Shown here one piece after another: positions 1 through 7,888 of a stretch of DNA of 45,533 nucleotides. How positions within the stretch are numbered: the stretch's first letter is position 1; every line of letters begins with the position of its first letter. Both the position numbers and the translations under genes were made by a program. This DNA is from a virus: positions 1 to 45,533 of the IMG/VR virus record IMGVR_UViG_3300048997_000046; one strand, given 5' to 3'. The notes beneath the pieces were generated by a model. The model worked only from the letters and a program-made list of their open reading frames with translations, was not told where the DNA came from and searched no databases.

Positions 1-117
1 AAGCATCGGCTCTGGAACGCCGAGCGGCTTCGCGACGCGATCTCTTTGCGCGGACTTAGCGACAAGGCTGAAACCGATCCATCGCGGCTTCTAAGCAATA
101 CCGGCGAAACACCATAG
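1..117 (+). CDS. Duplicated 3' end of the GcrA/Myb-like gene (same as 45407..45523); artefact of the end overlap
   Basis: Same sequence and frame as the end of CDS 45002..45523. Stop TAG at 115..117. Confidence 0.7.
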   Translation, partial: KHRLWNAERLRDAISLRGLSDKAETDPSRLLSNTGETP

Positions 118-127
118 CAGCCTAAGG
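1..127 (+). repeat. Terminal direct repeat, copy 1 (identical to 45407..45533)
   Basis: Base-for-base identity read directly: aagcatcggctctggaacgcc...accatagcagcctaagg occurs at both ends. Confidence 0.97.
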
Positions 128-145
128 GCGGCGGGAGATCGGGAC
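121..145 (+). promoter_or_regulatory. Conserved intercistronic box, copy c (variant): cctaagggcggcgggagatcgggac-ATG
   Basis: Aligns with the boxes at 356, 43993 and 44971. Starts just after the upstream stop and ends at the next ATG. Confidence 0.5.
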
Positions 146-355
146 ATGGCGCTGAAGGTCCACAAAGCAATCCGATACACGCGGTACGGTGAAGATCGCG
201 TGCGGTCGCTTTGTGGTCGTGCCTCCGGCTTCGTGTGGAATCCTGAAACGATTGAGTACGGGCAGAACGTCTCAGGCGACGATGGCGCGGTCACATGCAG
301 CTTTTGCAAGCGGCTGATCCATCCGAAAACGCCCGTCGAACCTAAGGCACCCTAG
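146..355 (+). CDS. Hypothetical small protein, 69 aa, with a C-terminal CxxC
   Basis: ORF track. ATG preceded by GGGAG inside the conserved box. Confidence 0.6.
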   Translation: MALKVHKAIRYTRYGEDRVRSLCGRASGFVWNPETIEYGQNVSGDDGAVTCSFCKRLIHPKTPVEPKAP

Positions 356-384
356 CCCCATCAAGGGCGGCAATGGAGGACGGG
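356..384 (+). promoter_or_regulatory. Conserved intercistronic box, copy d: ccccatcaagggcggcaatggaggacggg-ATG
   Basis: CCC-ATCAA-GGG hairpin followed by a GGAGG Shine-Dalgarno. Aligns with the copies at 43993 and 44971. Confidence 0.5.
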
Positions 385-750
385 ATGGCGGCGAAATGGA
401 CGAAGGGGCCGTGGGAGCATTTACCCGGCGATTCCGAATGCGCTCACCCGCGAGTTGTCGCGCGAATTGTTCGAGACAGACCCTATTCAATTTGCGTTGC
501 GGACGTTGGCAACGCCGAATCCGTGAAGGATGCTGGCGAAGAGTGGGAAGCCAACGCGGCCCTAATCGCCGAGGCCCCCAATCTAGTCGAAGCGCTGAGA
601 CTTTGCCAGCAAACGCTCGCGCTGCTCACGGCAGCAAAGCACACAAGCACAAACGATCCAGCCGTCAGCGTTGTCAACGCTTGGGCGCAATGCGTCGAGG
701 CAGAAGCATCTGCCCGCGCCGCCCTCGCCCGCGCCGAAGGACAGGGATGA
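385..750 (+). CDS. Conserved phage protein with GPW...ANAALIAEAPNLVEAL motif (paralogue of 34883..35149)
   Basis: The ORF opens at 373. ATG 385 matches the start position in the sister boxes. The motif is shared with the second copy. Confidence 0.65.
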   Translation: MAAKWTKGPWEHLPGDSECAHPRVVARIVRDRPYSICVADVGNAESVKDAGEEWEANAALIAEAPNLVEALRLCQQTLALLTAAKHTSTNDPAVSVVNAWAQCVEAEASARAALARAEGQG

Positions 751-1199
751 TGAACCTGCAACGGCTTTATGAAATTCTCGGCGAAACAACCGTGCAGCTT
801 CGCAAAGGTGAGGTTGTCGAGCGTAGCAAAGCTGGTCCGGTCGATGTTGTGACCATCAATGCCATGCCGCACGAAAGCGAAGCGGCCAGCGAAACAGAGG
901 TTGTCGATCTCACGCTCCTTTCTGTCGGTGTGGATTGCGCCAAAGCTCACTCCCACAAAGCGGAACTGATCGACATTCTCAAGAAGTATTCCGCGCCCGA
1001 ACGTTTGGCGGGCGGGCCATCGTACATCGAGGTCGGCGCAGAGATTGGTGACCAAGGCGCTGCGTTTCAGTTGTTTGCGCTCGGCAAAGTACTTGGCCTC
1101 TGGAGCGTGATTACACCCGCGACCATGGGATTCGCAGGCAAGGAAGCAACCGACATGGCCGGACAAGGCTTCGTGATGATTTCAGGATTCCGCCCATGA
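747..1199 (+). CDS. Hypothetical protein, 150 aa
   Basis: ATG 747 overlaps the upstream TGA (ATGA coupling). The longer 396.. extension would overlap the previous gene. Confidence 0.65.
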   Translation: MMNLQRLYEILGETTVQLRKGEVVERSKAGPVDVVTINAMPHESEAASETEVVDLTLLSVGVDCAKAHSHKAELIDILKKYSAPERLAGGPSYIEVGAEIGDQGAAFQLFALGKVLGLWSVITPATMGFAGKEATDMAGQGFVMISGFRP

Positions 1200-1477
1200 C
1201 GCCTCCGAGTGAATCAACCTCTGGACTCGTGGAGTTGGAGAAAAGGCTGACGAAGCCGCAACTCCGTGCGCTGCAATGGCTGTCTGAAGTTGGAGGATGG
1301 CGTGCCGCGTGGTGGGGCGGCGTACCGCACACAAGCTGGCCGAAGCAAATGCGCCCAGCGACGTACGGTTCGTTGCGAGCTGCAGGATTGATCGAGGCGC
1401 ACCAAGTCGGCCGACTCGATAGAGCGGTCCGTCTTACTGAGAACGGTCGCCGCGCCCTCAAGGCTTCCGTGCCATGA
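1196..1477 (+). CDS. Hypothetical protein, 93 aa, possible winged-helix
   Basis: ATGA overlap with the upstream stop. ORF track. Confidence 0.6.
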   Translation: MTPPSESTSGLVELEKRLTKPQLRALQWLSEVGGWRAAWWGGVPHTSWPKQMRPATYGSLRAAGLIEAHQVGRLDRAVRLTENGRRALKASVP

Positions 1478-1647
1478 GCGGGACAGAATGCGGCTGCTGC
1501 GGTTGCGACATCACGGATGACAACGTGGCTGAGAATGACCAGGGCGATCTCATCTGCGAGTGCTGCCAGATTTGCATCCTCGCGGAAGGCCTCTTGTATC
1601 TCGCAGATGTTGAGCCAGCGCAACAATTTCTCGAAGCAGCGGAGTAA
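1474..1647 (+). CDS. Cys-rich mini-protein, 57 aa (CGCCGC ... CECCQIC); below the ORF-track cutoff
   Basis: Hand-translated: ATGA overlap with the upstream gene, no in-frame stop until TAA 1645..1647, and it exactly fills the gap before 1651. Confidence 0.55.
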   Translation: MSGTECGCCGCDITDDNVAENDQGDLICECCQICILAEGLLYLADVEPAQQFLEAAE

Positions 1648-1650
1648 GCC

Positions 1651-1890
1651 ATGAAATTCTGCAAGGACTGCAAATGGGCTCAGAATGTGGATGGGCCTAG
1701 ATACATGGTCTGCAGCGCACCGCAAGCTGCAATCGTCACAGATTTGGTAACTGGTGAGGTGAAGCGGCGATTCAAATACTGCGAGTCATATCGCAGTGCG
1801 CCGTCCGGTGGCCCGGACGACTGCGGCTCCGAAGGATTGTTTTGGGAACCGCTCGACACCGCGAATCCGACCCCCGCAAAGCAGGAATGA
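1651..1890 (+). CDS. Hypothetical Cys-containing protein, 79 aa
   Basis: ORF track. GGAG lies 6-7 nt upstream of the ATG. Confidence 0.6.
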   Translation: MKFCKDCKWAQNVDGPRYMVCSAPQAAIVTDLVTGEVKRRFKYCESYRSAPSGGPDDCGSEGLFWEPLDTANPTPAKQE

Positions 1891-1918
1891 TCGAACGGAC
1901 ACGGCGGATGGAGGAAGT

Positions 1919-2092
1919 ATGAGCAAGGAACTCTACATCGCAGAAGTCGAGCGCATCATGGCTGATCTTGAAGACGAGGGCATGTCGCCAGATGCAGCAT
2001 ACGACCTCGCCAGCGAACGCGCCTATCCAGCGATGCGTGAACGTCTCGCGGATATTGCCGACCACGCCAAGAAGCGGGAGCGCGGCGAATGA
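1919..2092 (+). CDS. Hypothetical acidic protein, 57 aa
   Basis: Internal ATG of ORF 1796..2092, preceded by GGAGGAAGT. Confidence 0.55.
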   Translation: MSKELYIAEVERIMADLEDEGMSPDAAYDLASERAYPAMRERLADIADHAKKRERGE

Positions 2093-2131
2093 CCACCACA
2101 CAATCCATGCCGGGTACGGTGGAGGGGTGAG

Positions 2132-2383
2132 ATGCTCATAAGCAAACGCACGGAAGTCGAAATCGACATCGACATGGACATGGACGAGCTTGCCGATGAG
2201 CTTTCCAATACCGAAAAGCAGGAGCTGCTGCAATTACTGCTCGGCGGCTCTCCGACTGGGAACTGCGATTACATCCAGCGCGCATACGAAGCGCTGATGG
2301 CGAACCGAGCACCCGAAGCTCTTTGCTACCTCGAAAGCTATCTGCATCCGGCCGGCCGCTTGCCAATGAAGAAGGCTGCGTGA
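2132..2383 (+). CDS. Hypothetical protein, 83 aa
   Basis: ORF track. GGAGG upstream of the ATG. Confidence 0.55.
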   Translation: MLISKRTEVEIDIDMDMDELADELSNTEKQELLQLLLGGSPTGNCDYIQRAYEALMANRAPEALCYLESYLHPAGRLPMKKAA

Positions 2384-2598
2384 TGACCGCCTCTCAATCG
2401 AACCTTTCCGTTCCATGCGTGGGAGAGAGGGAACGCAGGATTGCGTTGGCGCAGGCAGATATTGACGTGGCGCTACGTCACCTCGCGGCGCTCAACGACG
2501 GAACGCTCGTTCCGAATCTCCGCATAACTTGCGCGGCGGGACGGCTCGAAAATGCCTCTCGCATCCTTCGCGGAATCCCCACACAGGGGGAGACGTAG
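2383..2598 (+). CDS. Hypothetical protein, 71 aa
   Basis: ATG 2383 shares its A with the upstream TGA (TGATG coupling). Confidence 0.5.
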   Translation: MTASQSNLSVPCVGERERRIALAQADIDVALRHLAALNDGTLVPNLRITCAAGRLENASRILRGIPTQGET

Positions 2599-2599
2599 G

Positions 2600-2947
2600 A
2601 TGCGGCAGCCCTCGCACGATAGCTGGCATTCGGACGCCCTCGTATGGCTTACGACGCATGACAGCCTGCGGGGGTTTCCGGGTGGGCTGCACGAAGGCGA
2701 CCCGCATCCCGGTTGGTTCAAGCGGCGGCTCGTGTCCCGTGGCCCGTGGATTCCTGCATCCATCACGCTCGAAGCGCCATTTGATCCTGAGACCGGCGAA
2801 CTGCTCGGCCCCGAAGAGTTCGCATGCGAGGTGATGGGCGAGCCACGCGACGTGATGGAAGAGTGGACTTGGCTCGCTGGTTCTCCAATCAGCAGAGAGA
2901 CTTACACAACAATGCTCGAAATCCTTTTTACAGGGGAGTTTGCATGA
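2600..2947 (+). CDS. Hypothetical protein, 115 aa
   Basis: ATG 2600 lies directly after the upstream TAG. Downstream ATGA coupling. Confidence 0.55.
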   Translation: MRQPSHDSWHSDALVWLTTHDSLRGFPGGLHEGDPHPGWFKRRLVSRGPWIPASITLEAPFDPETGELLGPEEFACEVMGEPRDVMEEWTWLAGSPISRETYTTMLEILFTGEFA

Positions 2948-3684
2948 ACAATCTGGAACTTTGGAACAAGCTGGAGCCTACCGATCCGTCGCACACAAAG
3001 CAATTCAATCGCAGCGGCGGGTTCAGCGGCACGGCAATCAATGCCACCTACATTCTCAAGCGGCTCACCGAAACGTTTGGGCCGTGCGGACGTGGCTGGA
3101 AATTCGCGCTGGAGGACGAACGGATTGAGGACGGTCACACACTCAAGACAGGCGACAGGGCCAAGCTGCACATCGTCCGCGGGCACCTCGAATACATGCA
3201 GGAAGGCCAATGGTTTCAAACCTCACCACAGTTCGGGCAGACCATGTTGGTGGGCGAGAACAAGTACGGCGCGTTCACCGACGAAGAAGCTCCGAAGAAA
3301 AGCATTACCGACTGCATCAGCAAGTGCGCCGTCACCATCGGCATCGGCGCCGATGTTCACCTCGGGCTGTTTGACGACAACAAGTACCTTAACCAGCGCA
3401 AGCAGGAAGAGGCTGCGAACGGAAATGGCGAACAGCACCCTATCGAGCGGCAGAATGGCGGCGCCGCAACGCTCAAGGCCGATCCTGTCGCGGCAGCAAA
3501 GACGTGGGTCAAAACCGCCAAGGAAACCATCAAGGCGTTCAACAGCCCCGAGGCTCTTTCGGCGTGGGAGGACGTGAACAAGAACACAATCGTCAGGCTG
3601 CACAGCATCGATCCGAAGGCCCACAAGGAACTGATGCAGGCCATTCAGGATCGGCATACCAACATCAGCCCGCTGGCAGCATAG
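2944..3684 (+). CDS. Single-strand annealing protein, Sak/Rad52-like
   Basis: Motifs INATYILKRLTETFGPCGRGWKF and KKSITDCISKCAVTIGIGADVHLGLFDD resemble the phage Rad52/Sak family (from memory, not searched). Confidence 0.6.
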   Translation: MNNLELWNKLEPTDPSHTKQFNRSGGFSGTAINATYILKRLTETFGPCGRGWKFALEDERIEDGHTLKTGDRAKLHIVRGHLEYMQEGQWFQTSPQFGQTMLVGENKYGAFTDEEAPKKSITDCISKCAVTIGIGADVHLGLFDDNKYLNQRKQEEAANGNGEQHPIERQNGGAATLKADPVAAAKTWVKTAKETIKAFNSPEALSAWEDVNKNTIVRLHSIDPKAHKELMQAIQDRHTNISPLAA

Positions 3685-3694
3685 GAGAACGGCA

Positions 3695-3931
3695 ATGGCA
3701 TATTTCGATTGCGTGATCTGGAAAGAGACGCAGACCGGCAAGAAATTCGCGGTCAAGATCGGCAGCGCAAAGCAGCGGGATGACGGTGGGTTCGCTGTTT
3801 ATCTCGATGCAAACCCGCTTGATGGCAAGTTCACTATCTCGCCACAGCGTGAACGAACGCAGGCAACCCCGTCACGCCCGGCCAGTGCAGCGTTCGACCG
3901 CAACAGTATGGATGAAGAGATTCCGTTTTGA
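3695..3931 (+). CDS. Small protein, 78 aa, ending in an SSB-type acidic tip (..NSMDEEIPF)
   Basis: ORF track with an AGGAG RBS. The C-terminus matches the bacterial SSB tail consensus D-D-D-I-P-F. It sits between the annealase and the NinB-like gene. Confidence 0.6.
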   Translation: MAYFDCVIWKETQTGKKFAVKIGSAKQRDDGGFAVYLDANPLDGKFTISPQRERTQATPSRPASAAFDRNSMDEEIPF

Positions 3932-4353
3932 GCGAGCTGTACGCAAAGCGGGTTGGCAACGCGCTGTATCCTGACGGCGATGAATCCATTGTGGAATTCG
4001 GGCGGCTGCCGTTCGGAAAACCGCTGCGGGTGGAAGTCCGCCAGCCCCGCAATGTGCAATTTCACAGGCTCTATTTTGCTCTGTGCAAGCGGATCGCGGA
4101 TGGCATCGGCTCTACCGCGGAGAACGTCAGCGATGTTCTCAAGGTCGCGACCGGCCACGTCACGATCATCCGCACGAAAAGCTATGGCGATGTGAAGATA
4201 CCGAAATCCATATCGTTTGCGAAGATGGATCAGACGGCATTCTCCGGTTTCTTCGAGCGCTGCGTGCAGGTGATCTATGCCGAGTGGGGGATCGAGCCGA
4301 ACGCGGTTGCCGATCTGCTCACCCCCACGCTGAGTGCGGAGGCGCGGGGGTAA
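3928..4353 (+). CDS. NinB/Orf-like or DUF1367-like recombination accessory protein (weak call)
   Basis: ATGA coupling. The pattern RNVQFHRLYFALCKRI ... ISFAKMDQTAFSGFFERCVQVI recalls NinB-type proteins. Confidence 0.4.
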   Translation: MSELYAKRVGNALYPDGDESIVEFGRLPFGKPLRVEVRQPRNVQFHRLYFALCKRIADGIGSTAENVSDVLKVATGHVTIIRTKSYGDVKIPKSISFAKMDQTAFSGFFERCVQVIYAEWGIEPNAVADLLTPTLSAEARG

Positions 4354-4354
4354 G

Positions 4355-4663
4355 ATGGGCGCGTTCGGTTATTGGGACAAGCGTGACGAGTTGAAACGGC
4401 TGCGGCTGGAGCGGGAGATGGTTCGGCATCGCTATGTGAATTGCACGCCGCCATTTGATCCTAGCAATAGCGTTCTGTCCGGCCTCGGACGAAGTGGTGA
4501 TAATGTACGACTCTGCCTTGGCTGGCTGATCGACGAATACGAGAATGCACTTGCGAGCGGTCGTAGTAAAGCGTGGGAAGATGCGGTTGTTGCTACCGCG
4601 TCACTGTTCGCTTCGCCCGTGCCGCGCTCAATCCCACGTATCCCCTCCAAGCGCGGAGCATAG
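4355..4663 (+). CDS. Hypothetical protein, 102 aa
   Basis: ATG 4355 lies 1 nt after the upstream TAA. Confidence 0.5.
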   Translation: MGAFGYWDKRDELKRLRLEREMVRHRYVNCTPPFDPSNSVLSGLGRSGDNVRLCLGWLIDEYENALASGRSKAWEDAVVATASLFASPVPRSIPRIPSKRGA

Positions 4664-4665
4664 GG

Positions 4666-4926
4666 ATGGCGAGGTGTCCTACATGCGGGCAGGAAACTCC
4701 AATCCGAGGTGCTGGCGAAGCGTTAGCGCGCGCGATGAAGGTTGCGCATCATACGGGTGCCGCTGTCTATCATACCAATGAGGGTGGCTACGCAATCGAG
4801 TATGGCGGCGGGCGAACGGACCTGGCCGCGATTGAGTCTGCCATAGCAAACGGGCTGATCCAATCCAAGTGGTCGCATTTGCCAGATGGATATTGGGTGT
4901 TGACCCCAAAGGGGCGGAAAGTATGA
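4666..4926 (+). CDS. Hypothetical protein, 86 aa, with an N-terminal CPTCG
   Basis: Internal ATG of ORF 4573..4926, directly after the upstream stop. Confidence 0.5.
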   Translation: MARCPTCGQETPIRGAGEALARAMKVAHHTGAAVYHTNEGGYAIEYGGGRTDLAAIESAIANGLIQSKWSHLPDGYWVLTPKGRKV

Positions 4927-5294
4927 ACCGCGCCGAGTTCACCAAGCCGACGCGGCGCCTCGCTCTCAAGCGTGCCGCTGGTCGCTGTGAAGCATCGGGC
5001 TCCATGTTTGGCCTTGATCCGGGACAGCGTTGCTGCATCCCGCTCGCCAATGGTGTTCGTTTTGAGCATGTGAATCCCGACGCAAATTCAAAGGACAACA
5101 GCATAGAGAATTGCGCTGCGGTCTGCATACGTTGCTGGCGATACAAAACCGATCATTACGACAAGCCGTTGGTCGCCAAGACGCTTCGCCAGCAGGACAA
5201 GGACAACGGGATTCGCAACAGCCGCGGCTTCCGCAAGCCACCGGACGGCTACAAATATTCTTGGCGCACGGGAAGGATGGAGAAAACCGGATGA
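4923..5294 (+). CDS. HNH endonuclease (1 of 3)
   Basis: ATGA coupling. Motif EHVNP...N..ENCAAVCIRCWRYKT plus upstream Cys residues. Confidence 0.6.
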   Translation: MNRAEFTKPTRRLALKRAAGRCEASGSMFGLDPGQRCCIPLANGVRFEHVNPDANSKDNSIENCAAVCIRCWRYKTDHYDKPLVAKTLRQQDKDNGIRNSRGFRKPPDGYKYSWRTGRMEKTG

Positions 5295-5461
5295 ATGAAA
5301 CAAGGCAAGTTGCGCTGGACGAGCTGGCCGACCTTCGCAAGCGATTTTACGAGAGAGCCGGTGATACTTCACTTTCTGCACAACGTGAACGTGAAACTGA
5401 CTTATGGCGCGCGATAGAGGTGGCCACATATTTCGCACGTAACGCGAAGGGTGCCCCATGA
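5291..5461 (+). CDS. Hypothetical protein, 56 aa
   Basis: ATGA overlap with the HNH stop. Internal start of ORF 5111..5461. Confidence 0.5.
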   Translation: MNETRQVALDELADLRKRFYERAGDTSLSAQRERETDLWRAIEVATYFARNAKGAP

Positions 5462-5504
5462 ACCAGCGGTATGAGCCGAGGGTGCGACAAATACAGGAGA
5501 ATTT

Positions 5505-5732
5505 ATGAGCGAGCAGAAATGGAAACCGGCATCGACAGCACCAAGGGACGGCACTTGGCTTTTGCTGCGGGGCCGCAACATGGCGAATGAGCCGATGATT
5601 CCTGTCGTTGTCGCATGGAAGCCGCCCGGTTCTCCCAGTACCGGCTGGTGGGATAGCGGTAGTTTCAAGAATTGCGATTCACTGGCTACCGGCGATGCTG
5701 ACTGGCATCCGCTTCCCGACGAATCCGCTTGA
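5505..5732 (+). CDS. DUF551-like phage protein
   Basis: W-KP-STAPRDGTWLLL N-terminus typical of this small phage family. AGGAG RBS. Confidence 0.5.
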   Translation: MSEQKWKPASTAPRDGTWLLLRGRNMANEPMIPVVVAWKPPGSPSTGWWDSGSFKNCDSLATGDADWHPLPDESA

Positions 5733-5748
5733 GCCGAGGGCGCGGGAC

Positions 5749-6030
5749 ATGACTGCCATTGAAGAAATTGCTGCCGAGCGCAAACGCCAGGTCGAGCAGG
5801 AAGGCTGGGCGCCTGAACATGATGATGAACATGGCGGTGGCGAACTGGCAAAGGCTGCGGCTTGCTACGCGCTTGGACATCACACCGTCTCGAATATCGG
5901 CGGTGACCGCATCCATATCTGGCCGTGGGAAAATTGGGCATGGAAACCAACAACGCCACGCCGCAACCTCGTCAAAGCCGCTGCACTGATCGTTGCAGAG
6001 GTCGAGCGACTTGATCGGACAACCCCATGA
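5749..6030 (+). CDS. Conserved phage protein (ERKRQ..EGW..EHDDEH..GELAKAAACY motif)
   Basis: Internal ATG of ORF 5608..6030. I recognise the motif as recurrent in phages; function unknown. Confidence 0.55.
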   Translation: MTAIEEIAAERKRQVEQEGWAPEHDDEHGGGELAKAAACYALGHHTVSNIGGDRIHIWPWENWAWKPTTPRRNLVKAAALIVAEVERLDRTTP

Positions 6031-6908
6031 CCGCACAGAACCCCGCCTCCCCCGATGGGGAGTGGGTGATGGTGCCGAAACGTGCGCTGGATTGGTTGCT
6101 TGGCGAGGGGCCGGACGAACAGGGGCATTGGTTTGGAGACGGTGACGATCCAGCGGGACGGCGCGGGCGATATTGGTGGCGCACTCAATTCTGCAACATG
6201 CTCGCCTCAGCGCCCCGCCCCGATGTAGGGAAGGGTCAATGGTTTGCCTTACCTTACATCCTCAAGCAGGGACCGTGTGCTACGGAGAACTGTCTAGGCG
6301 AACCAGTATGGCGCTTCGAGGGCGGCGGCGTTGGTTCGGACTACTGCTTGAACTGCCATGCAAAACTCACTTCGGCACCACCTCGCCCCGATGCAGACGC
6401 AAAGCTGGCGGATGATCTGGCACGTCGATTTCTCGAAGCGGCCGGCTGGTGCGAAGGAACCCAGCTTGAGAAGCCATACTCGGATGCAGACTACATCGCG
6501 CTGTTCCGCGAGGCCGCATCCCTCACCGAACGCGCCGTATCTCTGGAGAAAACAGCCTCAGAAGCGTTGTGGACGTTTTGCTACGATGTGGCGACAGCGT
6601 TTCAGCATGATAACTCTCACGCGGGGATAGAGTTCTTTAAGCGGGCCAAAAGACTAGGTGTTCTCCTAGAATCCGAAGCTGGCGACAGCGTTCGTGAAGG
6701 GTTGCAGTCTGCGTCCGTGTGGCGACCACATACGCCAGAAGAATGCGAACAATTCTGCCAAGCTTCCACAGCCTCAGAAGCGTTGCAGGAATGCGAGAGG
6801 CTGAGGGCGGCGCTGAAATCGGCTGATGAAGTCTTGGCCTTATATCTCTTTCCGCCCGGTTCCCCAATTAGAATGCAGATCAGCCGCGCACTAGGAGCAG
6901 CCAAATGA
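6027..6908 (+). CDS. Hypothetical protein, 293 aa
   Basis: ATGA coupling at both ends. Confidence 0.65.
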   Translation: MTAQNPASPDGEWVMVPKRALDWLLGEGPDEQGHWFGDGDDPAGRRGRYWWRTQFCNMLASAPRPDVGKGQWFALPYILKQGPCATENCLGEPVWRFEGGGVGSDYCLNCHAKLTSAPPRPDADAKLADDLARRFLEAAGWCEGTQLEKPYSDADYIALFREAASLTERAVSLEKTASEALWTFCYDVATAFQHDNSHAGIEFFKRAKRLGVLLESEAGDSVREGLQSASVWRPHTPEECEQFCQASTASEALQECERLRAALKSADEVLALYLFPPGSPIRMQISRALGAAK

Positions 6909-7231
6909 GTGAAGTTCCGCTGTGGCAGCAGGTTATTGATCTATTTGACCGGCATGGACTTCCGCCGCCGCCTTGGCGATTGCGCGATGAGCTTGTGGTG
7001 CATTGGGATGAGTACAATAAACGCCACGCATTGCACGCCGAAATCGCCACGCTCCGCAGCCAGCTTGCCGAAGCGCGAGAGGAACGGCGTGAAGATTTGA
7101 AGAGGGCCTTTGTCGCTGGTTGCTGCGCCGTGCTGACATGGACGAAATCAGGAATGCCTCAAGACGATCTTGATGAGGCGGGTTACGACTACGCTGCAAC
7201 CGTCGCCCTCTCCCCCACCACGCCAGCATGA
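6905..7231 (+). CDS. Hypothetical protein, 108 aa
   Basis: ATGA coupling at both ends. Confidence 0.6.
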   Translation: MSEVPLWQQVIDLFDRHGLPPPPWRLRDELVVHWDEYNKRHALHAEIATLRSQLAEAREERREDLKRAFVAGCCAVLTWTKSGMPQDDLDEAGYDYAATVALSPTTPA

Positions 7232-7458
7232 ACACTTTAACCAAATGGTGGCGAAGGATGCGAGTAAGTTTCGTATGGTTCCTGTTTACGTGGACAGCAC
7301 ATGGAACCTCTGGAATGTTCCGAGACATCATTCCAGCAAGACTAAATTATAACTGGCTTGGGCGCAGATGTATGAAGATTATAGAAGAAATCGAACGCCT
7401 TCGCAGCCAGGTCGCAGACCTGCGCCGCTCGGCATCCAACCCGAAGCCGGAGGAATAG
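7228..7458 (+). CDS. Possible small membrane protein, 76 aa (the 5' half is AT-rich and may be noncoding)
   Basis: ATGA coupling supports start 7228. However, 7240-7370 is atypically AT-rich and carries an 8-bp hairpin. An alternative start is 7372. Confidence 0.4.
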   Translation: MNTLTKWWRRMRVSFVWFLFTWTAHGTSGMFRDIIPARLNYNWLGRRCMKIIEEIERLRSQVADLRRSASNPKPEE

Positions 7459-7460
7459 GA

Positions 7461-7571
7461 ATGCGTCAACTGATCGAATGGCTGCATTTCCACGTCGCGC
7501 TCCGTATGCCGATGTGGCTGTCACGTTATCATTGGTGGTGGACGTTCGTTGGAAGCGCAAGGAAGGAATAG
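7461..7571 (+). CDS. Trp/aromatic-rich mini-protein, 36 aa
   Basis: GGAGGAATAGGA-ATG junction, the same architecture as the next gene junction (GGAAGGAATAGG-ATG). Confidence 0.4.
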   Translation: MRQLIEWLHFHVALRMPMWLSRYHWWWTFVGSARKE

Positions 7572-7572
7572 G

Positions 7573-7884
7573 ATGCCAGCAGAATCCATGATCGAGCGAA
7601 TTGCCAAAGCCATGTGGGAGAGAACCCATGATGGCGTGTGGCCTGATACGGCGGAAGCTGACGCTACGGAGTGTGTGACCGCCGATGGGAAACCGGCGAA
7701 GCTGACGACCGCAGATATTTACCGGGAAGATGCCCGCGCCGCTATCCCAGCCATGATGCCAACTCAAGCCGAATGCGAGGCGTTGGCAGAGCATTTCGAA
7801 AATGGCGAAACGCGCGGACATTGGACGCAGGTACGCTCACTATTCAAGGCGCACATCGACTCCGCGCTCAAGGAAGGGGAGTAG
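7573..7884 (+). CDS. Hypothetical protein, 103 aa
   Basis: Internal ATG of ORF 7549..7884 with an upstream GGAAGGA. Confidence 0.55.
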   Translation: MPAESMIERIAKAMWERTHDGVWPDTAEADATECVTADGKPAKLTTADIYREDARAAIPAMMPTQAECEALAEHFENGETRGHWTQVRSLFKAHIDSALKEGE

Positions 7885-7888
7885 GGGG

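Noticed and set aside
1-127. The terminal repeat as an IS/transposon end or LTR.
   Set aside because: The repeat is direct, lies inside a protein-coding gene and joins a continuous operon. Circular closure explains it fully.
396-1199. 267-aa ORF as a single gene.
   Set aside because: Its first 117 codons overlap 385..750 in another frame and are Arg-rich. The ATGATG at 747 overlaps the upstream stop and gives a sensible 150-aa protein.
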